The notes under the pieces are model-generated. The model did no database searches. It was not told the DNA's origin and saw only the letters and a program-made list of their open reading frames with translations. 64,000 bases of DNA from a virus. Shown one piece after another: positions 1 to 7,875 of the stretch (position 1 is its first letter; each line of letters begins with the position of its first letter). The stretch is taken from the IMG/VR virus record IMGVR_UViG_3300020182_003555. The stretch is one strand, 5' to 3'. A program made the position numbers and the translations under genes.

Positions 1-249
1 GTCAGAAATACCTCTGCAGATTATTTCTGGTTTTATAGCTTCCATTCCAGATATTAGTATTTCGTAAACTAGGTCTTCGTGTATCGGGTTTTTGTAAAAA
101 TCAATATCATATATATTTGATCCATTATCTGCTTCTCCATCAAGCAACATTAAATCAACAAAATATTCGTGAAAGCATTCTAATTTTTCGAAGAAAATAC
201 TGACTGCTTCATCTTGAAATATATATTTTGTTTGTTGGCTTGTCTGCAT
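1..249 (-). CDS. hypothetical protein, truncated by the left window edge
   Basis: ATG at 249 opens a frame (MQTSQQTKYIFQDEAVSIFFEKLECFHEY...) with no stop before base 1. Confidence 0.6.
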   Translation of the reverse strand, partial: MQTSQQTKYIFQDEAVSIFFEKLECFHEYFVDLMLLDGEADNGSNIYDIDFYKNPIHEDLVYEILISGMEAIKPEIICRGISD

Positions 250-256
250 TTTATTT

Positions 257-623
257 TGGTGGACGCGGCGGGAGTCGAACCCGCGTCTTTAAATTTTAAG
301 AAGTAAAGGTCTACAAGTTTAGTTAATTTTTTTTAAAGTTGAGATATTAGCATCAAACTAATTGTTTCAATTATTTTCAGTTTGTGGAACAATTAAACTT
401 TTTCTGTTTTGCAGATGGATGACCCCTCTTCTGCCGTATCTGCGTCTGACAGAGAGGGGAAGCAGCTTTAAGCTGCTAATGCGAGCTTTTCAGCTTTTGG
501 GCTGAAAGCTACAACACGACTTTTATTTTTGCCATGTATGAACTTATGCCTTTTTACGAAGCCTGGCATCTCTTCGACTTGCACTATACTAAATTCAACT
601 TAAATCGAATCCAGTGCGCGCCC
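257..623 (-). ncRNA. ssrA: tmRNA (transfer-messenger RNA), about 367 nt
   Basis: 5' end GGGCGCG-CACTGGATTCGA pairs with 3' end CGCGTCC-ACCA, including the G3-U alanine identity pair; T-arm GCGGG-TTCGACT-CCCGC; internal tag frame ending LALAA-stop. Confidence 0.95.
468..533 (-). other. tmRNA tag reading frame, (A)GKNKSRVVAFSPKAEKLALAA-stop
   Basis: Frame ends GCA TTA GCA GCT TAA with the stop in the loop of the hairpin AGCAGC-TTAAA-GCTGCT; the resume codon (GGC at 533) is inferred. Confidence 0.75.
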
Positions 624-640
624 ATTAAAATGTGAAAGAA

Positions 641-826
641 CTATTGCTTTTTGTTTTTCCCGAGATCGGCGAGGCCTTGCCCAAGAATATATGCGAAAAT
701 AGGGCCAGTAATCTGCATCATTACCTCGGGCGTTAATCCCAAGTGAAAATAATGGTTTAGAACTGGGGCTGAGGCTGCGAATACAGCCGCCCAGAACTTT
801 TTACTATGCCAGAATTTTTTTTCCAT
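641..826 (-). CDS. small two-helix membrane protein, holin-like
   Basis: 61 aa, basic/aromatic N-terminus (KKFWHSKKFW), two hydrophobic segments, basic C-terminus (KNKKQ). Confidence 0.5.
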   Translation of the reverse strand: MEKKFWHSKKFWAAVFAASAPVLNHYFHLGLTPEVMMQITGPIFAYILGQGLADLGKNKKQ

Positions 827-833
827 AATATTT

Positions 834-840
834 ATTACAC
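834..840 (-). promoter_or_regulatory. putative phage late promoter, GTGTAAT
   Basis: GTGTA begins 14 nt upstream of the ATG at 826; the same motif recurs before virion genes. Confidence 0.55.
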
Positions 841-843
841 GAA

Positions 844-1176
844 TTAGAACAATTCGTCAGGAATATCCTCATCCGAAGACGCTTTTGAAGACTGAGCTTC
901 TTGAACTGCTTCTTGAGCTACCTGCTCGACGTTTGCTTTCGCTTGAACTTGATCTTCTGATCTGTAGATCACGTAATCTGGAGCTTTTTCATTCTTTTCT
1001 CGACCCTTGTTGGTGAAGACAACAACCTTGACAGGTTCCGTAACACCTGGCATTGTTTCGACATTAATCGTTCCCGATAGGTATTTTTGGTTCTTGCCGT
1101 TTCTAACCCAAAGGGCTCCAAGTTCTCTACTCTTCCACTCTGACTGCTTTTCTGTTTGTTTTTCTGTATTTTCCAT
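844..1176 (-). CDS. DUF736/PC4-like putative ssDNA-binding protein
   Basis: LGALW..NGKNQKYLSG..APDY pattern plus acidic aromatic-ending tail SSDEDIPDELF. Confidence 0.55.
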   Translation of the reverse strand: MENTEKQTEKQSEWKSRELGALWVRNGKNQKYLSGTINVETMPGVTEPVKVVVFTNKGREKNEKAPDYVIYRSEDQVQAKANVEQVAQEAVQEAQSSKASSDEDIPDELF

Positions 1177-1178
1177 AA

Positions 1179-1352
1179 TTATTTGTTGTTATATAAATTT
1201 TTTAATTCTTCTATGAATAAAGGTTTTGCACCTTTTGATAATTTGTTGTATTGTTTTTTTGCTCGAGAGTAAACTCTTTTGCTTGTTTCGTCCGCACAAT
1301 TGGGATCGAAGTTTAAAATTTTTCTTATTTGTTTTGCTTTTGTTGCGTTCAT
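1179..1352 (-). CDS. small basic hypothetical protein (57 aa)
   Basis: Start reassigned to ATG 1352 (MNATKAKQIRK) because the sigma70 promoter at 1360-1388 overlaps the longer TTG-started ORF. Confidence 0.6.
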   Translation of the reverse strand: MNATKAKQIRKILNFDPNCADETSKRVYSRAKKQYNKLSKGAKPLFIEELKNLYNNK

Positions 1353-1359
1353 GGGGTTA

Positions 1360-1388
1360 ATTATAATATAATATATAAAGAATGTCAA
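1360..1388 (-). promoter_or_regulatory. sigma70-type promoter
   Basis: TTGACA (1388-1383), 17 nt spacer, TATAAT (1365-1360): perfect consensus. Confidence 0.8.
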
Positions 1389-1391
1389 GTA

Positions 1392-1911
1392 TTAATTAAG
1401 TTTTTTTACATAAGTTATTATTGCTGGCGAAAAACCCGAGTTTGTGTAGAAATTAGTAATTTTTTGCCGTCCGATACTGTGATGCGAAACGTCTCTTGTT
1501 ACCCTGAAAGAATCAAAGTTATTTTTTTTAGCAAAAGCTTCTGCTGTGTGAAGTATATCTAGTAAGGTTTTTTTTTTCGAGAAACGTTGTCGCAAGCTTG
1601 CCTTTTGTTTGCCATATCAAATCTTGAAAAACTGTCTTGTTTGTTAACTGGCATATTGATCCCATGAAAACTCCGACGCATGTATAGTTTGAGTTTTTTT
1701 TGTCCGCCCAGATTTTTAGTCTTGGCAATTTATTTTTATCACTAGATAAGTTTTGAAAAAAAAGGTTTTGAATTAGATTTTCAATTGAATTGAGATCATA
1801 GTCGCCTACTTTTTTGCAAGATCTCTGTTTCCAAAAAAAATTATGTTTTTTGTTGAAGAATTGTTGGCATAATTCTTGAAATTCTTTTATAGTTGATATT
1901 TCTTTTATCAT
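1392..1911 (-). pseudogene. GNAT-like acetyltransferase gene interrupted by a frameshift at an A10 run
   Basis: ORFs 1528-1911 and 1392-1595 join in frame if the A10 run (T 1568-1577 on +) is A9; the joined C-terminus LL..AEAFAKKNNF...KITNFY..SGF...YVKKL looks GNAT-like. Confidence 0.55.
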
Positions 1912-1921
1912 TTTTTATTTA

Positions 1922-1938
1922 TTAAAGGTTACCTTTAA
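1922..1938. promoter_or_regulatory. perfect inverted repeat, candidate operator
   Basis: TTAAAGGT-T-ACCTTTAA, 8 bp arms, just upstream of the ATG at 1911. Confidence 0.35.
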
Positions 1939-2047
1939 AAGTCTTCATCTTTTTTTGACTTTATATACCAAGTTATTGTTCCTGCGAGACCAAACAAAAC
2001 GAAGTCTCCAGGAAAAAATTGAAAATATGAGCTCGCTATTATTTCTA

Positions 2048-2587
2048 TCATCTAAATTCTTTTCTAAGAAGCCTCCATCTGTCTGAATCAATTGGCTTTG
2101 TTCCGTCATCAATAGCTTTCAACATATCTACTATTTCATCAAGAGAGTTGTAGATATATTTATGAGGAAACATTCCTAGCATCCATAAAGGAGTTTTTGT
2201 TTTTCCTCCTTCCATTGAAACGAATACTGGTTTTTTCATTCTAACTGCAGTAACAATTTCTTCAGCACTTCCCCAACTTGCCACATCGGGAACTAAGTGA
2301 GCTATAATAAAATCACTACGATCTACTAAATTTAAATCGTAGGATCGCACAACTTTCATTCTCTCGGTCACTCGACTATACTGTTTCGTTTTCATCCAAG
2401 CTTCCATTTCATGCCTAGAGGCTTCATCTTCTTCCACATCTTTCATGAAAGGTTTTTTGTATGGATTAAAACAGGTCACATTTAATTCTGAGAGTTTTTC
2501 TGTGACATCATCTCTCCAGTCTCTTCCTGAGAGATATTGCATGTGGCCTACTAAATAAGTTTTTGTTCTGTGTAACAAGTTTGACAT
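2048..2587 (-). CDS. nucleoside 2-deoxyribosyltransferase-like protein
   Basis: TYLVG..Y....WR, FNPY, YDL..VDRSD.IIA, WGSAEEI match the NDT/nucleotide hydrolase fold motifs. Confidence 0.75.
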   Translation of the reverse strand: MSNLLHRTKTYLVGHMQYLSGRDWRDDVTEKLSELNVTCFNPYKKPFMKDVEEDEASRHEMEAWMKTKQYSRVTERMKVVRSYDLNLVDRSDFIIAHLVPDVASWGSAEEIVTAVRMKKPVFVSMEGGKTKTPLWMLGMFPHKYIYNSLDEIVDMLKAIDDGTKPIDSDRWRLLRKEFR

Positions 2588-2593
2588 TCAATC

Positions 2594-2622
2594 ATAATAC
2601 TATAAAAATATATGATTGTCAA
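2594..2622 (-). promoter_or_regulatory. sigma70-type promoter
   Basis: TTGACA (2622-2617), 17 nt, TATTAT (2599-2594); predicted start site falls on the ATG at 2587. Confidence 0.75.
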
Positions 2623-2755
2623 GATAAAATGGTTGATTGTGTCGAGCAGGTGGATTGTTTAGCCGATTTTAATTTTGGCCATGATTCTATCCTCCAGTTG
2701 TTTATTTAAATTTTAAGCGTTTGTAATTAGCTATATGCCGACCTCTTGCTCGCGC

Positions 2756-5700
2756 TTAATTATTGATTGTAATTTTTTGAGTAATCCCGCTCCACTCATT
2801 TCCCGATTGAGTAGAGCTTGTTAATGTTATGGATCTATTTTGTATTTGTCTTGGCGGAGTTGTTGGTGGTCCAATTGGGGTTAATATTATATGCGCAGTT
2901 CCGTCTGCACCGACTGTAAAATTACCTCCATCAGCCGATAGTCCGAAATCGGATACCCCGTTATCAATAGTATAGGTTACAACAGTTCCTTCAGGTATAC
3001 CATTGGTGATCAAAGTAACTCTTAAGCTACTACCTACATCAACAATGTATTGAAAGGTGTTCAAATTAGTCACACTAGTTGATCTAAGATAGTAGAAGAT
3101 TTCAGGAGGGTGAAGGTCGGGGTTGAATATATTGATGCATTCAAAAACGGGCCCATAGCTTGCATGGGACGCGCTTCTTTGAAACCTTAGTCTATAATAT
3201 AATTTATCCCCTACTTCAGTATTTCTCCATCGCACACCTTCTCTAAAAGGGATGTCAAGGTGATAATCTACCGAGTGGAACACAAGAGAGTCGAAGAAAT
3301 TAAGATCGCTCATTACGGTGACCCAATTATTTGCGTCCTCGCTACCCTCCAAGAATAATCCATAGTTATTATTAGTCACTAAACCATTTACGAAGTTGGG
3401 GGTAGGCGTTTTTTGAATTGAGAAACCCGGTTTCGTAATCGATGAATTTGTTGTTTCCCCAATTGCCAACCCCCAAGTGCTCTGATTAAATGGAGTGATT
3501 TCGGTAATTGTCTGCTCGAAAACAGTAACGTTCGCACTTATAGTAACAGCGCCTTCGGCTGTTCCTGTAAAGGAAGTAAGCGGATCACTAGCGTTAGCAA
3601 AAGTTCCTTGTCCAGAAGTAACACTCCAACCACCAAAAACATAACCTGTTTTAATGGTTGCCCGTATATCTGTCGTATCCCCTACAGGTAACGTATACGA
3701 ATCAGCGCTAGTGGTCGCACCTTCAACTACGGGGATCGATAGGTTAAAATTAGAAGGTGTCACGGTTATCGAATCGGTAGTTAAAGAAGCTGCAAAGTGA
3801 CTTGCGTTAGCTGGCGCAGATATTGTTATTGTAAATGCTCCGTCTGTTAGCGGTGTCACCAATCCATTTGCATCTACTGTTGCAATTGATGTGTTGCTAC
3901 TTGTGTACGTAAGCGTGACTACTGAATCGGTAGAAGCTCCCAAAGAAAACGCACCGTCACTCAAATTTCGAGAAGTTGTATTGTTCCAAGTGATCGTTTG
4001 ATCTTGCTGATTTGGATGTGGGTCAGAAGAATCTGGAATTCCATCTCCATCAGTATCAGTTACATCATCAATCACAGTGATCGAAGTAGTAGTCAAAGAA
4101 GCTGCAAAGTGACTTGCGTTAGCTGGCGCAGATATTGTTATTGTAAATGCTCCGTCTGTTAGCGGTGTCACCAATCCATTTGCATCTACTGTTGCAATTG
4201 ATGTGTTGCTACTTGTGTACGTAAGCGTGACTACTGAATCGGTAGAAGCTCCCAAAGAAAACGCACCGTCACTCAAATTTCGAGAAGTTGTATTGTTCCA
4301 AGTGATCGTTTGATCTTGCTGATTTGGATGTGGGTCAGAAGAATCTGGAATTCCATCTCCATCAGTATCAGTTACATCATCAATCACAGTGATCGAAGTA
4401 GTAGTCAAAGAAGCTGCAAAGTGACTTGCGTTAGCTGGCGCAGATATTGTTATTGTAAATGCTCCGTCTGTTAGCGGTGTCACCAATCCATTTGCATCTA
4501 CTGTTGCAATTGATGTGTTGCTACTTGTGTACGTAAGCGTGACTACTGAATCGGTAGAAGCTCCCAAAGAAAACGCACCGTCACTCAAATTTCGAGAAGT
4601 TGTATTGTTCCAAGTGATCGTTTGAGCTTGCTGATTTGGATGTGGATCAGATAAATCTGGAATTCCATCTCCATCAGTATCAGTTACGTCATCAATCACA
4701 GTGATCGAAGCAGTAGTCAAAGAAGCTTCAAAGTAACTTGGATCGGCTGGCGCAGATATTGTTATTGTAAATACTCCGCCTGTTAGCGGTGTCACCGATC
4801 CACTTGCATCTACTGTTGCAAGTGTTACATTTGCCGAAGCTTGAGTTACTAAAGTGATTGCCCCTGTACTGTTATAAGGAACTGATAAAGTAACTCTGCC
4901 ATCTGAACTTGGAAAAGAATCAGGTCTGTGAGCTTTGATTTCGTGTGTTCCACTACCTCCATTGCTAAACAAATCAGTTTCGTTTAAACTACCACTCTTA
5001 CCATCAGAACTCACTCTCAATGCTGACAGCCAAGTTTCCATTTTTTGAACGACATCCGCACCTGATTGGTCAACACTAGCAAGGATATAAGGGTCTTGGT
5101 TTGCTAAAAAGTCGGAATATGTGCCGTTTACAAGCTGCTCCAACTTCCATCCGCTATAAGTTTCACCCGCAACAAGTCCGTATGCTGATGGGTAGTTTGC
5201 AGAAAGTTGCATATCTTCTTGATAAACAATTCTAAACTGTCCTTCGCTTATCCCTAATGCTGTACCAGCGCTGTTTTCGTAAACAGGATTTCCATTAACT
5301 GATTCTTCAGCTTGTACATAAACAATTGAACCTATAAGCCCGTTTCCTTCGTGCCCAACTCCAAAATGCCCAACAGGGGATGTTGCAATTGATGTGTTGC
5401 TTATTACGTACGTAAGCGCAAGCCCTGAATCGGTAAAAGCTCCCAAAGAAAAAGAGCCATCACTCAAGTTGTGGGAAGTATCATTGTTCCAAGTGATCGT
5501 TTGAGCTTGCTGAGAATCTAGCGGAAAGTCGTCATTAACGTCTAACACTCCATCGCCGTCATCGTCATCATCTGCAACGTTTCCTATTCCATCTCCATCT
5601 GTATCAATTGGTTTAGAGTTGTCGTCCAATGGATCGGAACCTTCTACAATTTCCTCGGCATCGCTCCATCCGTCACCGTCATCATCTGTGTCTGCATTAT

Positions 5701-7012
5701 CTCCTGTTCCGTCGCCGTCTGTATCAGTATCTTCTGTGGGGTCTAGCGAAAAATCGTCATCAAAGTCTGGAGTTCCGTCGTCGTCATCATCTCCGTCAAA
5801 TTCATCGTCTTGTCCATCTCCGTCAGTATCCGTTCCTGACGCTTTATTTGGGTCAAGAGGAAAGTTATCTTTGTCGTCTGACACTCCATCGTTATCATCA
5901 TCTAGGTCTGCATTATCTCCTATATTGTCACCGTCTGTATCAGTATCTTCTGTGGAATCTAGCGGAAAATCGTCGTCGACATCTAGGGTTTCATCGTTAT
6001 CATCATCTGTGTCTGCATTATCTCCTTTTCCGTCACCGTCTGTATCAATTGATTCTGACGGGTCAAAGGGAAATGCGTCATCTTTATTCAATACTCCATC
6101 TGCATCTTCGTCTTGATTTGGGTCAATTTTAACGTCGATGGTGAATGTTTTTACCGCAGCGCTTCCCAGTAACCCTATAGCTGTTAGTTTACAAATAAAA
6201 ATTGGATTGCTTTCTTGTGCAGAGTTTGGTCCAGCTGGGGCATTTATAAAACTTAAAGAATAAACATCTGGATGAAATTCTTCGCTTAGTGATGAAGAAT
6301 TGTTTGTTGCGTTTCTGGAAGATTTTTCGATTTTAAAATATTTGCTTGATCCTTCTTCCACGCTAATCTGGCCTTGCATTGAGTTTGGGTGAGATTTGCA
6401 GCGATAAGTATAATTACCTATTGATGTAGGCTTGAAGGTTGTAACTTGGTTAACTTGAGTAGCTACAACAGCTCCGTTCGAATTTAAAATTTCAAGCGGG
6501 TGTCCACTGCTGGTATTTGTAAAAAGATAAACACTACCTTCTTTTAAATTTGAAAGAGGTATATTCTCTGAACTTCCATTTACTGAAAGCTCGACTCCAT
6601 CTTTAGTTAATGTATATGAAGTTGATCCATTGGGGGTTAATTCGTAAAATAACTGCTCTCCTAAGACAATATCTCTGTATGTCATATTATTTGGACGCAA
6701 TAAACTCGCTAAATCATTTTCTATATTTAGCGTGCCTTCTATGTGGCTAATGCTTTCTTCCTCAAGCAGCCATTCTGGAGGGGGAGCGATAACTCCCGCT
6801 TGAGAAAGCAACCTTTTCATTTCTTTTTGAGTAAAAAATGTCTGCGAACTTAAATTCTCTCCGTTTAATGTGAGATTTCCTTCTACATTAAGGTTTTGAT
6901 TTATTTCAACGCTTTTACTTACTTCTATAGAACTTCCGGTAGATTGAAACTCATCTATCCATAGAACCTTTCCGCTAATTACGTCTGAGTTGAATATATG
7001 GTTGGAGTTCAT
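2756..7012 (-). CDS. large virion surface/fibre protein with cupredoxin-like domain, DxDGDG calcium-binding repeats and Ig-like repeats
   Basis: 1418 aa; H...YRCKSHPNSM copper motif; many DTDGDG/PLD thrombospondin-3-like repeats; 104 aa Big_2-like units (YTSSNTSIATVDANGLVT); GTGTA motif upstream. Confidence 0.75.
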   Translation of the reverse strand: MNSNHIFNSDVISGKVLWIDEFQSTGSSIEVSKSVEINQNLNVEGNLTLNGENLSSQTFFTQKEMKRLLSQAGVIAPPPEWLLEEESISHIEGTLNIENDLASLLRPNNMTYRDIVLGEQLFYELTPNGSTSYTLTKDGVELSVNGSSENIPLSNLKEGSVYLFTNTSSGHPLEILNSNGAVVATQVNQVTTFKPTSIGNYTYRCKSHPNSMQGQISVEEGSSKYFKIEKSSRNATNNSSSLSEEFHPDVYSLSFINAPAGPNSAQESNPIFICKLTAIGLLGSAAVKTFTIDVKIDPNQDEDADGVLNKDDAFPFDPSESIDTDGDGKGDNADTDDDNDETLDVDDDFPLDSTEDTDTDGDNIGDNADLDDDNDGVSDDKDNFPLDPNKASGTDTDGDGQDDEFDGDDDDDGTPDFDDDFSLDPTEDTDTDGDGTGDNADTDDDGDGWSDAEEIVEGSDPLDDNSKPIDTDGDGIGNVADDDDDGDGVLDVNDDFPLDSQQAQTITWNNDTSHNLSDGSFSLGAFTDSGLALTYVISNTSIATSPVGHFGVGHEGNGLIGSIVYVQAEESVNGNPVYENSAGTALGISEGQFRIVYQEDMQLSANYPSAYGLVAGETYSGWKLEQLVNGTYSDFLANQDPYILASVDQSGADVVQKMETWLSALRVSSDGKSGSLNETDLFSNGGSGTHEIKAHRPDSFPSSDGRVTLSVPYNSTGAITLVTQASANVTLATVDASGSVTPLTGGVFTITISAPADPSYFEASLTTASITVIDDVTDTDGDGIPDLSDPHPNQQAQTITWNNTTSRNLSDGAFSLGASTDSVVTLTYTSSNTSIATVDANGLVTPLTDGAFTITISAPANASHFAASLTTTSITVIDDVTDTDGDGIPDSSDPHPNQQDQTITWNNTTSRNLSDGAFSLGASTDSVVTLTYTSSNTSIATVDANGLVTPLTDGAFTITISAPANASHFAASLTTTSITVIDDVTDTDGDGIPDSSDPHPNQQDQTITWNNTTSRNLSDGAFSLGASTDSVVTLTYTSSNTSIATVDANGLVTPLTDGAFTITISAPANASHFAASLTTDSITVTPSNFNLSIPVVEGATTSADSYTLPVGDTTDIRATIKTGYVFGGWSVTSGQGTFANASDPLTSFTGTAEGAVTISANVTVFEQTITEITPFNQSTWGLAIGETTNSSITKPGFSIQKTPTPNFVNGLVTNNNYGLFLEGSEDANNWVTVMSDLNFFDSLVFHSVDYHLDIPFREGVRWRNTEVGDKLYYRLRFQRSASHASYGPVFECINIFNPDLHPPEIFYYLRSTSVTNLNTFQYIVDVGSSLRVTLITNGIPEGTVVTYTIDNGVSDFGLSADGGNFTVGADGTAHIILTPIGPPTTPPRQIQNRSITLTSSTQSGNEWSGITQKITINN
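3761..4822. repeat. 312 bp in-frame tandem repeat, three near-identical copies plus a diverged partial copy
   Basis: AAAGAAGCT anchor at 3783, 4095, 4407 and 4719; encodes a 104 aa unit. Confidence 0.95.
5510..6125 (-). repeat. Asp-rich thrombospondin type 3-like repeats
   Basis: Repeated DTDGDGxGDNADxDDDxDG and DxFPLD motifs. Confidence 0.85.
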
Positions 7013-7019
7013 GTTTTTA

Positions 7020-7026
7020 TATACAC
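7020..7026 (-). promoter_or_regulatory. putative phage late promoter, GTGTATA
   Basis: GTGTA starts 14 nt upstream of ATG 7012. Confidence 0.55.
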
Positions 7027-7036
7027 AGTTTTTAAT

Positions 7037-7873
7037 TTATCTGACCGCATGAGTATGTATTCTGCAAGGGTCTTTTAATTGTGTTCCAAATAATATATGA
7101 AAGGAATTTTCGGACACTCCAGAAACTAGGTGCAGTAATGCAGGCCCTTCGGTTTCTAAGCTATTAGAGATTGTCGGGGTCGCATGAAATGTATTTGGAA
7201 AATTAATCTCATAAGAATCTTGTCCGGTCGCTAGGTCTGTAAAGAAAGATTGCGTGGTAGTTTTGCTTGTTGAGGATTGACCTGTTGCTCTTGTTGAAGT
7301 GTGCATTTTATATGCGTCGCTTCCGAGAGTTTCATCAAAATTTACATAATATTCTGAAGTGTTAACTCCTGAAATAGAATAAGGAATAATTTTTGTTGCT
7401 CCGTCAATTTCCAAAGATAGTGTCACTGCTGGAGGTTCTCCGAAAGTCTTCGGAAAGTCTATTTTATAACTATCACTTCCTGCTGCAAGCGGAGTAACAA
7501 AAGATACTGATTCATCTGACCCTCTTGAAACTTTATTCCATTCTCCATCTTCTGATTTTATAAAAACATTTTCCAAAAACGCATCTCCAGATACATTGAC
7601 TCCGTCAAGAAATGTACAAGAGTCTGCAAAATTTTTTTCACCACTAATTAATTGATCTCCTGTTAGTAGCATAGTATTATCCAATATAGAACTTTTTAAA
7701 TTCTTGTATTGTATTTTTTCATTGTATTGTCCTGAATTTGAAATTAAAAATAATACTTCATCATCTTTATTTCCTTGAGTATTGATTTTTGCACTGCTTG
7801 GAAAAGGTTCTAATCCGTCAGATGACAGTTTTTGTGTATGAAAAAGATTAGATATTCTATTATCTTTGTTCAT
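7037..7873 (-). CDS. virion structural/fibre protein, paralogue A
   Basis: Shares RISxL, FPSSA, NLKSSILDN and QLISGEK with 7876-8739; two copies of a YxIxFPxxFxxxPxV (H-lectin/gp53-like) domain. Confidence 0.6.
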   Translation of the reverse strand: MNKDNRISNLFHTQKLSSDGLEPFPSSAKINTQGNKDDEVLFLISNSGQYNEKIQYKNLKSSILDNTMLLTGDQLISGEKNFADSCTFLDGVNVSGDAFLENVFIKSEDGEWNKVSRGSDESVSFVTPLAAGSDSYKIDFPKTFGEPPAVTLSLEIDGATKIIPYSISGVNTSEYYVNFDETLGSDAYKMHTSTRATGQSSTSKTTTQSFFTDLATGQDSYEINFPNTFHATPTISNSLETEGPALLHLVSGVSENSFHILFGTQLKDPCRIHTHAVR

Positions 7874-7875
7874 TG

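Noticed and set aside
257-300. tRNA gene
   Set aside because: The T-arm and ACCA end belong to the tmRNA; there is no anticodon arm and the matching 5' strand is about 360 nt away
3761-4822. CRISPR array or DGR template/variable repeat
   Set aside because: Repeats are 312 bp, contiguous, in frame and spacer-free; differences are not adenine-specific and no reverse transcriptase or cas gene is visible in the window
4814-5388. Intein in the fibre protein
   Set aside because: No terminal His-Asn followed by Cys/Ser/Thr and no recognisable splicing blocks
5619-6132. Two + strand ORFs of 165 and 167 aa
   Set aside because: Antisense shadows of the Asp/Gly-rich repeats; Ser- or His/Arg-rich low-complexity products with no start signals
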